Origin: a bacterium
Lineage (GTDB): Bacteria > SAR324 > XYD2-FULL-50-16
DNA: 57,359 nucleotides
Direction: 5' to 3'
Assembly: GCA_032250835.1 (NCBI GenBank)
Contig: JAVVEA010000003.1
Location: 1-57,359 of the forward strand
Shown: piece by piece, positions 18,944 through 28,276 of the stretch
How the letters are laid out: the number at the start of each line of letters is the position of its first letter
Position numbering within the stretch: the stretch's first letter is position 1
Translations under genes and position numbers: made by a program
The notes under the pieces: model-generated
What the model was told of the DNA's origin: nothing
What the model saw: the letters and a program-made list of their open reading frames with translations, nothing else
The model's database searches: none

Positions 18944-19408
18944 TTAATAAGCAGAGAGTTGGCCTTGGTGGGCTAACCATTGGATCAAAGGTTCTAGCGT
19001 TGCGTCACGTTGCTGTTGTGGCTGGCAAACTAGGTAAAAGCCCATCACGTCGGTCTGTTGGGGGAATAACTTGAGTTTCCAAAGATCGGGCCAAGCCCCG
19101 ACCCCATATCGCAAAGCAAGCTGCAACCCTGGCCCTCCCAAGGGGGCCAACTCTTCACTAAGGTCTACTTTAAATTCAATCCAGGGGTTGCCTTCTTGGT
19201 ACTGTTCTAGCCGCGGGGCCAGCCAATGTTGGTAAAAGGCAGGGAGGCTATAGACATGGATGGTGACCGGGTCCTTTTTTTGGAGCAGGCCGCTGGCTAA
19301 GAAGGTGATGCGTTTGCATTGAGGACAGCGGAACATATGGCTCTGGGCCGGGCGTCCGCCTTGGGGGGCTTGGTTAAAACGGGCACCGCAATGGTCACAT
19401 TGATACAT
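18944..19408 (-). CDS. Zinc ribbon fused to a partial LysR (GcvA-like) substrate-binding domain
   Basis: CDHC...CPQC, then LPAFYQHWLAPRL...LALRYGVGAWPDL and FYLVC...LIQWL. Confidence 0.7.
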   Translation of the reverse strand: MYQCDHCGARFNQAPQGGRPAQSHMFRCPQCKRITFLASGLLQKKDPVTIHVYSLPAFYQHWLAPRLEQYQEGNPWIEFKVDLSEELAPLGGPGLQLALRYGVGAWPDLWKLKLFPQQTDVMGFYLVCQPQQQRDATLEPLIQWLAHQGQLSAY

Positions 19409-19414
19409 GGCCCG

Positions 19415-19918
19415 CTAGAGGAGGCTTTTTTGATTGCGTTGCGGGCCCGGTCGGTATCCGATTTTTTCCCAAAAGGCCGCCGCACCCGGGATATTGAGGT
19501 GGAAGTTTAGTTCCACCCTTTCTACTCCCGCTTCTTTAAAAGCCACTTCCAGGGCCTCTACTAAGCGCCGGGCCAAGCCCCGTTGGCGGTAAAGTGGCTC
19601 GACCCAAATGGTTTCGATGTAGCCCAGCTTCTTAACTTGGCTGAGTGGCATCCAGGCGGGCTGAGGCTCACCGAAGATCAAGCCAACGGGCGTTCCGGCC
19701 ACTTCGGCGACCCAGCCTATGCCTTGCTTGCGGCCTAGCAGGTCTAAGGAAAAGGCGTGGCAAACCTCTTGGTAGGTGGGCATTAGCTGTTGGAATTGAG
19801 GGTCCTGAGCGTTGGCCCCAATCTCGGCTAAGGTGCCGCACATGCTTTGGGTGAGGTAGTCTAGATCTTCGGGGCTAAGGTGCCGCAAGACCGGTTCAAG
19901 GGCTTGAGGCTCACTCAT
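19415..19918 (-). CDS. GNAT-family N-acetyltransferase
   Basis: IWVEPLYRQRGLARRL and AAAFWEKIGY. Confidence 0.88.
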   Translation of the reverse strand: MSEPQALEPVLRHLSPEDLDYLTQSMCGTLAEIGANAQDPQFQQLMPTYQEVCHAFSLDLLGRKQGIGWVAEVAGTPVGLIFGEPQPAWMPLSQVKKLGYIETIWVEPLYRQRGLARRLVEALEVAFKEAGVERVELNFHLNIPGAAAFWEKIGYRPGPQRNQKSLL

Positions 19919-20966
19919 AAAGGGTCACCCGTTTCGGGTCAAAGGATTCACGCACTGCTTCGCCGATGAAGGTGAACAAGAGCAAGACGCCGATAGTCGC
20001 CACCGAAGGGCTCAAGAGGATCCAAGGGGCATAGTCAAAGGTCTCTTGCCCCTGGCGTAGCAGTTCACCCCAACTAGGCGTAGGGATAGGTAGGCCGTAG
20101 CCCAGATAGTCGAGGCTGGTCAAGGCCCCGATGCCCGCGACCATCTGGAAGGGCAGCCGGGCGATGATCGGCACCATGCTGTTGGGTAAAAGATGGCGCA
20201 CCACAATCCGCAGGTGGCTAGCGCCCATTGAACGGGCGGCCTCACAATATTGCCGGCTCTTTTCGCGGTAGATCTCGGCGCGCATCAGCCAGGTCATGTC
20301 GGTCCAGCCCACAAAGACCAGGATAAACAATAAGATCCAAAAATTGGGCGTCATCAACGCCGCCATGATCAAGATCAAATATAAGGTGGGGATGGAGGTC
20401 CAGATCTCCACCAAGCGTTGCATGAATAAATCAAAGGCCCCGCCGAAATAGCCCATCAAACTACCGATCAAGATGCCCAGGCTGCTGGTCAACAGATAAA
20501 GGGCAAAGGAAAAGAGGATGGCCACCCGGAAGCCATAGAGCAGCCGGGCCAAAATATCCCGTCCGGCGTTGTCGGTGCCCAGGTAGTGCCCTGCTGCCCA
20601 GTTGGGCGGGTTTGGGGGGTTGCCTTCTAAGGAGAAGTCTGATTCTAAGGGGCTAAAGGGCACCAGCGGCATCAACACCCAACCTTCCCCCTTGGCCTCG
20701 ATTTGGGCTTTTAGTTGGCGGTAGTTGGTCTCGAAGCGGTAGTCTAGGCCAAAGGTTTCGCCAGGGATGATGGCCCCATAACTGGGGAAGTATAGCTGGC
20801 CTTGATGGGAGACCAATAAGGCCCGGTGGCTAACCCAAAGCTCCAAAAACAACGAGGCCAACAGCAAGGCCGACAAAATCCAAAAGGACCAAAACCCCCG
20901 CCGGATTTGGGCAAAGCGGTGCAGTCTTTTTTGGGTGCCTGGGTGCAGCTTGAGGAATTTGATCAT
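19911..20966 (-). CDS. yejE: Peptide ABC transporter permease, YejE/OppC-like
   Basis: HYLGTDNAGRDILARLLYGFR, EAA motif YCEAARSMGA, LDYLGYGLP, SWGELL and FIGEAVRESFDP. Confidence 0.8.
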   Translation of the reverse strand: MIKFLKLHPGTQKRLHRFAQIRRGFWSFWILSALLLASLFLELWVSHRALLVSHQGQLYFPSYGAIIPGETFGLDYRFETNYRQLKAQIEAKGEGWVLMPLVPFSPLESDFSLEGNPPNPPNWAAGHYLGTDNAGRDILARLLYGFRVAILFSFALYLLTSSLGILIGSLMGYFGGAFDLFMQRLVEIWTSIPTLYLILIMAALMTPNFWILLFILVFVGWTDMTWLMRAEIYREKSRQYCEAARSMGASHLRIVVRHLLPNSMVPIIARLPFQMVAGIGALTSLDYLGYGLPIPTPSWGELLRQGQETFDYAPWILLSPSVATIGVLLLFTFIGEAVRESFDPKRVTLYE

Positions 20967-21108
20967 TAGCGTCCTGCGTTGAGAATGGCGGCAGTTTAAC
21001 TGGAAGTCTCAGGATAGGCAACCTCCAGGAAAAAAGCCTTTACGCAAAAAGGCCGAGTTAATAGACTACAGCCTTAGTCCCCCCAATGCCCCTTCATGGT
21101 TAAGCCCA

Positions 21109-22077
21109 ATGAACCGACCGACAAAATGGACCCGCGAACAGATTGCTGAGGTCTACCACCAAGAATTACTGGAACTGGTCTTCCAGGCCGCCCAAACCCA
21201 CCGGGCGCACCACGACTCCAAAGAAATCCAGGTCTGTACCCTGCAATCAATCCGCACCGGCGGTTGCGCCGAAGACTGCGGCTATTGCAGCCAGTCGGTC
21301 CACCACGAGGCCAATGTCGAGCGCCAGAAGATGATGGACATCGATAAGGTCTTAGAGCTGGCCCGCGAAGCCAAGGCCGGGGGCAGCACTCGTTTTTGTA
21401 TGGGCGCTTCGGGGCGGCAGGTCAAAGACGACGAGGACTTTGAAAAGGTCCTGACCATGGTCAAAGGGGTCAGTGGGATGGGCTTAGAAGTATGCTGCAC
21501 CTTAGGCATGCTCGAAGAGCCCCAAGCCCAACGGCTTAAGGAAGCGGGGCTTTATGCCTACAACCACAACCTAGACACCGGCAAAGAATATTACTCTAAG
21601 GTGGTCAGTACCCGCAGCTATGGCGAGCGCTTGGACACCATCGAGACGGTGGGCAAGGCCGGGATTTCCCTGTGTTGCGGTGGGATCTTGGGGATGGGCG
21701 AAGCGGTCGAAGACCGCCTAGATATGTTGGCCACCTTGGCCAGTCTGACCCCGCCGCCCGAGTCGGTGCCTATCAATGCCTTGGTGCCTATCGAAGGGAC
21801 GCCGATGCAAGAACAGCAGCGGATCGAGATTTGGGATCTGGTGCGTATGATCGCCACCACAAGGATCGTCATCCCCACCGCCATGGTCCGCCTTTCGGCG
21901 GGCCGAGAGTCCTTAAGCGAATTGGAGCAGGCCTTTTGTTTCTTGGCCGGGGCCAACAGCATTTTCAGTGGCGAAAAGCTCCTGACCACGCCCGGCGCTG
22001 GCCGCGCCGCAGACCTAGCGCTTTTTGACCGGCTCAACCTAAAGCCCCGCGCGCCTTATAAAGGGGAAAAGCTTTAA
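21109..22077 (+). CDS. bioB: Biotin synthase
   Basis: CAEDCGYCSQS radical-SAM motif, RFCMG, CCTLG, YNHNLDT, ESVPIN and RLSAGR. Confidence 0.97.
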   Translation: MNRPTKWTREQIAEVYHQELLELVFQAAQTHRAHHDSKEIQVCTLQSIRTGGCAEDCGYCSQSVHHEANVERQKMMDIDKVLELAREAKAGGSTRFCMGASGRQVKDDEDFEKVLTMVKGVSGMGLEVCCTLGMLEEPQAQRLKEAGLYAYNHNLDTGKEYYSKVVSTRSYGERLDTIETVGKAGISLCCGGILGMGEAVEDRLDMLATLASLTPPPESVPINALVPIEGTPMQEQQRIEIWDLVRMIATTRIVIPTAMVRLSAGRESLSELEQAFCFLAGANSIFSGEKLLTTPGAGRAADLALFDRLNLKPRAPYKGEKL

Positions 22078-22251
22078 GCGCCTTTTGGGCCGTTGCCTGG
22101 AGCGGTCTTCGCGAAAATCTTAAGGGGGCTAGCGCCAGACAAAATTGGCAAAGGACTGCCCTGAAGGAACCTTGGGCCTTTGATCGGGACTCAAAAAGGG
22201 CTTGGGTCGCCAGTCCGGCGGCGCTCGAATCTTTGGGCTGGCCTAAGGCCC

Positions 22252-23205
22252 CTATGCCGAGGCCCCTTGTAGGTTGACCACGGCCTTGGCGGCGTCAAAG
22301 GTGCCGCCGGGCTCTAAGACACAGGCCAACCAACGGTTGGGGTTGTGCAGCAGCAGCAAGCCTTCTTCGGTATCCTGTCGGTAGTCACCGGCCACCGGCG
22401 TGTGCCCTGAGACCCAAAGGCTCTCTTTGGGGTCGCCGCCCAATAGTTCCTTAAATAATCTGCGGATTGTGCCCGCTTCGGCTTGGTGGTCTCGGGTCCA
22501 GGTCAAACCTTCAATGACCTGAGGGTGGTCTCGGTGGTTGATCAGCTCATTAAAGCCAAAGGGTTGGCGTGGCCGCGAATGGCTGAGCACAAAATACCGG
22601 CCCCTGGCGGCGAGGGGTAAGGCTTGCTCGAAGCGGGCGAAACGGTCTAAAAAGTCAGGGCCCAGGTTTTTAAGCACCCAGGCTTTAGTCATCGCTCCCT
22701 CGGCGGCAAACTTAGCGAAGCTGTGGTCGCCTAATTCGCTACGGTCCAAAATGTTCTCGTGGTTGCCTTTAAGGAAGTGGAACCGCGCGCCGCAGCGGGC
22801 CTTGAGGTCCATCACTCGGGCCATGGTGCCCAGGCTTTCTTCCATTTCGGCGTCCATCGCCGGGCTCTCGGCAAAGCCGCTACGGTATTCTTCCATCGCC
22901 TCAACCCAGCGGGCCCGCCCGCGTAGTTCCGAATGCATCCCGTCGCCTAAAAAGACGACCTGGATCTTTCCGGCGATCAAGCCTTCTTCAATGCTTTGGC
23001 CTTGATAAGGATGGGCCAAAAAGGCCTCCACTAAGTCCAAGCGCCCGTGGATGTCGGGTAGGACCCAGGTGGGTAGGTCTTCTTTGAGCAACACCAACCC
23101 GCCGGGCCGCTTTTGGCTGTCCGGCGGACGGACCCAGGGGTCCTCTTGGCTCAAGGCGCTCAGGGCGGCGTCTAAGAATCGGTTGAGTTGGGGGCTGGGG
23201 ATCAT
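22252..23205 (-). CDS. Calcineurin-like (PPP-type) metallophosphoesterase
   Basis: DIHG, LGDGMH, KGNHE and SGHTP motifs. Confidence 0.8.
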   Translation of the reverse strand: MIPSPQLNRFLDAALSALSQEDPWVRPPDSQKRPGGLVLLKEDLPTWVLPDIHGRLDLVEAFLAHPYQGQSIEEGLIAGKIQVVFLGDGMHSELRGRARWVEAMEEYRSGFAESPAMDAEMEESLGTMARVMDLKARCGARFHFLKGNHENILDRSELGDHSFAKFAAEGAMTKAWVLKNLGPDFLDRFARFEQALPLAARGRYFVLSHSRPRQPFGFNELINHRDHPQVIEGLTWTRDHQAEAGTIRRLFKELLGGDPKESLWVSGHTPVAGDYRQDTEEGLLLLHNPNRWLACVLEPGGTFDAAKAVVNLQGASA

Positions 23206-23720
23206 GCCAACCTCTGCAACAGCGCGGTGACCGCCTGGGCCAGTTCTTCTAGGTGAGCGTTCATGCTGTGGTCGTCGTCAAAAAAGTCCAAATGGATTTG
23301 GCTGCGGTCCGGTGAGCGCTGCACTAAATCTTGGATCGATTCGGGCGGAATCAAATGGTCTCGTTTGGCTGCTAAGATCCAGGTGGGGATGCCCGCCGGG
23401 ACGACCAACGCGCCGACCCGTTCTTTTTGCTCAGCGCTCAGGTCCTCGTCCTCATAAAGCCCCACCACCGGAGCGACCAGCACCATGCCCAAGACCAACT
23501 CGGGCGATTCATTGGCTAGCGTAAGCGCCGTCAGGCCGCCCAGAGAAGAGCCAATCAAGACCGCCGGTTCGGTGATCACCGACCGCAACAGTTCAAGCCG
23601 TTGGTTCAAGTCCGGACTCATGAACGGCGCAATCAATTGCGTAAAGCGCTGGCTTAAAAATTGGCCTTTGGTGCCCTGGGGGCTCCCTTCAAGACCGTGT
23701 AGGAAGTATAGAGGTTTCAT
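23202..23720 (-). CDS. Alpha/beta hydrolase (YqiA-like esterase)
   Basis: HGLEGSP, nucleophile GSSLGG, RDHLIP and DDHSM. Confidence 0.82.
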   Translation of the reverse strand: MKPLYFLHGLEGSPQGTKGQFLSQRFTQLIAPFMSPDLNQRLELLRSVITEPAVLIGSSLGGLTALTLANESPELVLGMVLVAPVVGLYEDEDLSAEQKERVGALVVPAGIPTWILAAKRDHLIPPESIQDLVQRSPDRSQIHLDFFDDDHSMNAHLEELAQAVTALLQRLA

Positions 23721-23803
23721 CCCTACAGCATACCCAAGTCTGCGCTGGTTGTAAACGAGTCAGGACACTGGCCAAAGGATTGTAAAACCGCTAAGATCGG
23801 CCT

Positions 23804-24958
23804 ATGAAACGAATCGGGGAAAAACTAGAGCAACGTAAGGACCAGGGCCGCTTGAGAGGTCTTCGGACCATGGATTGTTCGGCCCATCCCTGGGTTACTC
23901 TGGCGGGGAGAGGGCTGGTCAATTTCTCGTCGAATGACTACCTGGGCCTTGCGGGGCATCCCTTGCTGCAAGAGCGGGGCGCTCAGTTTGCCGCCCTTTG
24001 GGGTGCGGGCTCTCGTGCCTCCCGGTTGGTCTGCGGTAACCATCCGGGCTATGAGGCCGTCGAGGCTAAATTGGCGCGGCTCAAGGGGACACAAGCGGCG
24101 TTGGTGTTTAATTCGGGCTATCAGGCTAATATCAGCGTAGTTACCGCTCTGGCGGGCCGCGGGGATATGGTGCTGATGGACCGGTTGATCCACAACAGTT
24201 TGATCCAGGGGGGACTGCTCTGCGAAGCTAAGGTCCGGCGGTTCCGCCACAACGACCTAGAGCATTTATCCCAACTTTTAGAGACCAGTTCCTGTGAGCC
24301 CGGTGGACAAGTATTTGTTGTCGCCGAGACGGTCTACAGCATGGACGGCGACCGGCCCGATCTGGCCGGTTTGGTGGAACTTACCAAGTGCCACGGGGCC
24401 TTCTTGATTTTAGATGAGGCCCATGCCACCGGCGTGTTGGGCCCTCAAGGAATGGGCCTTTCGGTGGGTTTAGGGGCGGACCTAGTGATCGGTACCTTTG
24501 GCAAGGGCTTGGGCAGCTTCGGGGCCTATCTGGCGGGCAGCCAAGAACTAATGGATTATATGGTCAATTTCTGCGGCGGGTTGATCTACACCACCGCGCT
24601 ACCCCCTTGGGCGCTCGGGGCGATTGACGCCGCCTTGGATTTAGTGCCGGGGATGCAGGCGGAACGCGAACATTTAGCCGAAATGGCCCAGAGCCTGCGT
24701 CGTGGTTTGAAGGGCCTAGGGTTTGATTGCCTCGCTTCAGATAGCCAGATTGTGCCGCTGGTGGTAGGCCAGGAAACAGATTGTTTGGATTTAGCCAATT
24801 ATCTTGAGGAACAGGGTTATTTGGCCATGGCCATCCGCCCGCCTACGGTTGAAGAAGGCAAGGCCCGTATTCGCCTAGCTTTGTCAGCGGCCCATGAGGC
24901 GGCCCAGGTCCAAGGGATTTTAAAGGCCCTAAAGGATTGGAGGGCCCTTGGCCACTGA
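23804..24958 (+). CDS. bioF: 8-amino-7-oxononanoate synthase
   Basis: FSSNDYLGL, SGYQAN, YSMDGD, DEAHATG, GTFGKG and AIRPPTV. Confidence 0.95.
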   Translation: MKRIGEKLEQRKDQGRLRGLRTMDCSAHPWVTLAGRGLVNFSSNDYLGLAGHPLLQERGAQFAALWGAGSRASRLVCGNHPGYEAVEAKLARLKGTQAALVFNSGYQANISVVTALAGRGDMVLMDRLIHNSLIQGGLLCEAKVRRFRHNDLEHLSQLLETSSCEPGGQVFVVAETVYSMDGDRPDLAGLVELTKCHGAFLILDEAHATGVLGPQGMGLSVGLGADLVIGTFGKGLGSFGAYLAGSQELMDYMVNFCGGLIYTTALPPWALGAIDAALDLVPGMQAEREHLAEMAQSLRRGLKGLGFDCLASDSQIVPLVVGQETDCLDLANYLEEQGYLAMAIRPPTVEEGKARIRLALSAAHEAAQVQGILKALKDWRALGH

Positions 24959-25607
24959 TTGGCTCTTTTTTCACGGCTGGGCCTTGGGGCCCCGCTATTT
25001 TAAAGACCTGATCTCGCGCTTGCCCGCTGGGCAGCGCACCTGGACCTATGACCGGGGCTACTTTGGTGCCCCTTCGGGCCCCGTCCCTCCGGTGGAGTCA
25101 CCGGTGCTGGTGGCTCATTCTTTTGGCCTGCACCTAATCCCTCCGGTGCTTTTAGCCCGTTCCCAGGCTCTGGTTGTGTTGGCGGGCTTTTTGGAGTTTC
25201 ACCCTTTAGAGGCCCGGACCCGTCAGGTCAGCCAACGGGGTTTACAGCGGATGATGAAAGGCCTAGATCAAGATTTGCCGGCTACTTTGGCAGGGTTTTA
25301 TGACCTAGCGGCTAGCCCGAGAAAAAATGCCTGGGGTCAACCCGCAGCGGGGCATAAACAGCGGCTAAGGCAGGACTTGAGCGCCCTGGACCGGGCCCAA
25401 CTGGCCCCCGATTCGCTCAAAGAGGCCCCCAGAGCGTTGGTATTAGCCGGGCAAGCCGACCAAGTGGTAGGCCCTGCCCAGGCCCAAGCACTAGCCCAAG
25501 CGTTGCCCCAAGCCGAATTGATTACCTTCGATGGCCGCGGCCACGACCTGGGCTTTGACGACAACGACCGCCTTTGGCAGGTCATCTCCCAATGGATGCC
25601 CCTTTGA
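24948..25607 (+). CDS. BioH-like pimeloyl-ACP methyl ester esterase (alpha/beta hydrolase)
   Basis: HGWA, nucleophile AHSFG, QADQVV and GHD; lies between bioF and bioC. Confidence 0.75.
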   Translation: MATDWLFFHGWALGPRYFKDLISRLPAGQRTWTYDRGYFGAPSGPVPPVESPVLVAHSFGLHLIPPVLLARSQALVVLAGFLEFHPLEARTRQVSQRGLQRMMKGLDQDLPATLAGFYDLAASPRKNAWGQPAAGHKQRLRQDLSALDRAQLAPDSLKEAPRALVLAGQADQVVGPAQAQALAQALPQAELITFDGRGHDLGFDDNDRLWQVISQWMPL

Positions 25608-26389
25608 ATTCAAGGCAACAACAAATTTCCGCTTCCTTTGACCGGGCGGCTGAATATTACGAGATGCACGGGCTCTTGCAAAAGAAGGCCGCTTTGGAGT
25701 TGTTGGCCCGTCTGCCCAAATGGCTGGCTGACTTACCCGAAGGAGAGGCTTTGGAGCTAGGCGCCGGGACGGGCTTGGTCAGTGAATTTATGGCCCAAAA
25801 ACTAGCGCCCCGTCCCCTAACCATCACCGACCTATCCCAGGCCATGTTGCTGCATTGCCAAGAAAAACTTGGCGACCGGCCGGGGTTGAGTTATGAGCGC
25901 CGCGATGCCAGTCTGCCCTTGGCAGAGGCTCGCTACGCGCTGATCTTGTCGGCCTTGGCGCTGCAATGGCTGCCCGATCCTTATGCGGGGCTTAAGAACT
26001 ATTGCCGCGCTTTGGTCCCCGGCGGGAAGTTGATCTTTTCGGTGATGGTCGAAGGTAGCTTTGCCCAATGGCGCGAAGAGGCTGCCCAGTTGGGCCTGCC
26101 CTATACGGCCAACCCTTTGCCGTCAGCCGAGCAGATCGCGGCTTGTTTGGCCGAGGAACCCGGCGAGGTGGAACTGGTCACCCGGAATCTACCGGTCAAG
26201 TTCCCCAAGGCGCGGGATTTCTTTTTTAACCTCAAGGCCATTGGGGCCGCTGTGGCTTTAGGGCCCAACCGCCTTAACGCCGGGCAGATGAAGCGTCTGA
26301 TGGCGGCTTTAGACCGGACTCAGCCTAGCGGGTTGACCATGGACCACCAGATTTGTTTTGCCTGCTTTAAGCGCCATGCCGATACCTAG
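25592..26389 (+). CDS. bioC: Malonyl-ACP O-methyltransferase (start uncertain: 25574, 25592 or 25604)
   Basis: FDRAAEYY...LQ, SAM motif LELGAGTG, SALALQW and NLKAIGA; bio operon context. Confidence 0.87.
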   Translation: MDAPLNSRQQQISASFDRAAEYYEMHGLLQKKAALELLARLPKWLADLPEGEALELGAGTGLVSEFMAQKLAPRPLTITDLSQAMLLHCQEKLGDRPGLSYERRDASLPLAEARYALILSALALQWLPDPYAGLKNYCRALVPGGKLIFSVMVEGSFAQWREEAAQLGLPYTANPLPSAEQIAACLAEEPGEVELVTRNLPVKFPKARDFFFNLKAIGAAVALGPNRLNAGQMKRLMAALDRTQPSGLTMDHQICFACFKRHADT

Positions 26390-26999
26390 TCAACTCTTTG
26401 TGGCCGGGACCGACACGGATGTGGGCAAGACCCTGGTTTCGGCGGTCTTGACCCTGGGGCTCAAGGCCCACTATTTTAAGCCCTTCCAAACGGGCCGTGA
26501 ATTGGGCCGCGATGCCGAGACGGTAGCCCGCCTGACCGGCTTGGGGGCCGATCATTTTTCACCCGACGGCCTTTGCTTAGAAAAACCCCTTTCGCCCCAT
26601 CTGGCCGCCCGGTTGGCGGGGCTATTGATCGACCCGGCCCAAATCAACCTGCCCCAGGTTTCCCAAAAACATCTGGTCGTTGAAGGCGCGGGTGGCTTGT
26701 TGGTGCCATTAAACGAGCGGGATTTATTGATTGATTGGCTGGCGCAGAGGAAGCTGCCGGTGGTCCTGGTGGCCCGCAGCGGGTTGGGGACCATCAACCA
26801 TAGTCTTTTGAGTATCGAGGCGTTACGCTTGGCGGGCATCCCCCTGTTAGGGGTGGTCCTCAATGGCCCGAAAAACCCAGAAAATGCCGCCGCCATTGCC
26901 CAATTCGGTGGGTGCCGCATCTTGGCTCAATTGGAGCCGATGGCGAAGCTTGATCAAGGCAGCCTCTTGGCTGCTTGGAACCAATTTAGCTGGGAATGA
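26376..26999 (+). CDS. bioD: Dethiobiotin synthase
   Basis: GTDTDVGKT, KPFQTG, SPHLAA, VEGAGG and LGTINHSLL. Confidence 0.95.
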   Translation: MPIPSQLFVAGTDTDVGKTLVSAVLTLGLKAHYFKPFQTGRELGRDAETVARLTGLGADHFSPDGLCLEKPLSPHLAARLAGLLIDPAQINLPQVSQKHLVVEGAGGLLVPLNERDLLIDWLAQRKLPVVLVARSGLGTINHSLLSIEALRLAGIPLLGVVLNGPKNPENAAAIAQFGGCRILAQLEPMAKLDQGSLLAAWNQFSWE

Positions 27000-28276
27000 C
27001 CATGTCCAATCTCTGGATGCCCTTCACCCAAATGTCTAGCGCCGCCGAACCGGAGTGGGTCGAGCGAGGCGAGGGCGCTTGGATTTATTTAAAAGATGGC
27101 CGCAAGGTCTTCGACGCCATCTCCTCTTGGTGGGTCACCCTACACGGCCACGGCCGCCCCGAGATTGCTGAGGCGATCTACCGCCAAGCCCTCAAACTAG
27201 AGCAGGTGATCGCCGCTGGCTTCACCCACCAACCGGCCCAAGACTTGGCCCGGCGTTTGGTGGAGATGTTGCCCGAAGGTTTGAGCCGGGTTTTTTATTC
27301 TGACAACGGTTCGACTAGTACCGAGGTGGCCTTGAAGATGGCCTTTCAGTATTGGCGCAACCGGCGTACGCCGAGGCGCGACAAATTTTTGGCTCTTGAG
27401 GGTGGTTACCATGGGGATACCCTGGGGGCTATGTCGGTAGGCGACCCGGATCTGTTCAGCCCGGTCTTTAAACCGCTGCTCTTTGACTGCCACCGCCTGC
27501 CGGTCCCCCATACCTTTTGGGGTGTAAATGACATAGAAGAACGTGAAGCAGCGGCGTTACAAGCCGCAAAAGAGGCCTTAGAGGCCGACCCAGAGGGTTA
27601 TGCTGCCTTAATTGTGGAGCCTTTGGTCCAAGGCGCGGCGGGCATGAAGATGTTTCGGCCCGGCTGGCTCAAGGCTCTGGTCGAATTGGCGCGGTCTTAT
27701 GGGGTCTTGGTGATCTTCGATGAAGTGATGACCGGCTTTGGCCGTACCGGCAGCCTCTTTGCCTGTGAGCAGGCGGGCGTGACGCCAGACCTGATCTGCC
27801 TCTCGAAAGGCTTGACCGGCGGGACTATGCCCCTGTCCGTGACCGTAGCCAACGAACAAGTTTTTGCGGCCTTCTTGGGCGACCAAAACAGCCCCGAAGA
27901 CCCTACCTTTTACCATGGCCACAGCTATACGGCCAACCCGCTGGGTTGTGCTGCCGCGCTGGCCTCGATGGATATTTTGTTGGCCGAGCCCCGTTACCTT
28001 GACTTAGGCGAAGGGCACCAAGGGGGTCTCAAAAGCCTAGAGGGGCACCCCCGCTTGAGCCAATTGCGAACCCAAGGGACCATTGCGGCCATGCAATGGG
28101 CTCCAGCGCCCGGTGCCCGATACAACGATGGGGCGGCGCTCAAGGTCGCCTTCTTGGAGCGCGGCTTCATCCTGCGCCCCCTGGGCCCCTCCTTATATAT
28201 CATCCCTCCTTACTGTACGACCCCCGACGAATTGGCCCAGGTCTACCGGACCATCGGCGAGGTGCTGGATCAGTAA
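26996..28276 (+). CDS. bioA: DAPA aminotransferase
   Basis: WMPFTQM, DAISSWW, YHGDT, FDEVMTGFGRTG, SKGLTGG and HGHSYTAN. Confidence 0.96.
   Translation: MTMSNLWMPFTQMSSAAEPEWVERGEGAWIYLKDGRKVFDAISSWWVTLHGHGRPEIAEAIYRQALKLEQVIAAGFTHQPAQDLARRLVEMLPEGLSRVFYSDNGSTSTEVALKMAFQYWRNRRTPRRDKFLALEGGYHGDTLGAMSVGDPDLFSPVFKPLLFDCHRLPVPHTFWGVNDIEEREAAALQAAKEALEADPEGYAALIVEPLVQGAAGMKMFRPGWLKALVELARSYGVLVIFDEVMTGFGRTGSLFACEQAGVTPDLICLSKGLTGGTMPLSVTVANEQVFAAFLGDQNSPEDPTFYHGHSYTANPLGCAAALASMDILLAEPRYLDLGEGHQGGLKSLEGHPRLSQLRTQGTIAAMQWAPAPGARYNDGAALKVAFLERGFILRPLGPSLYIIPPYCTTPDELAQVYRTIGEVLDQ

Noticed and set aside
23749-23787. BirA operator upstream of bioF
   Set aside because: Two TTGTAAA half-site-like words occur as direct repeats, not as the inverted pair BirA requires.
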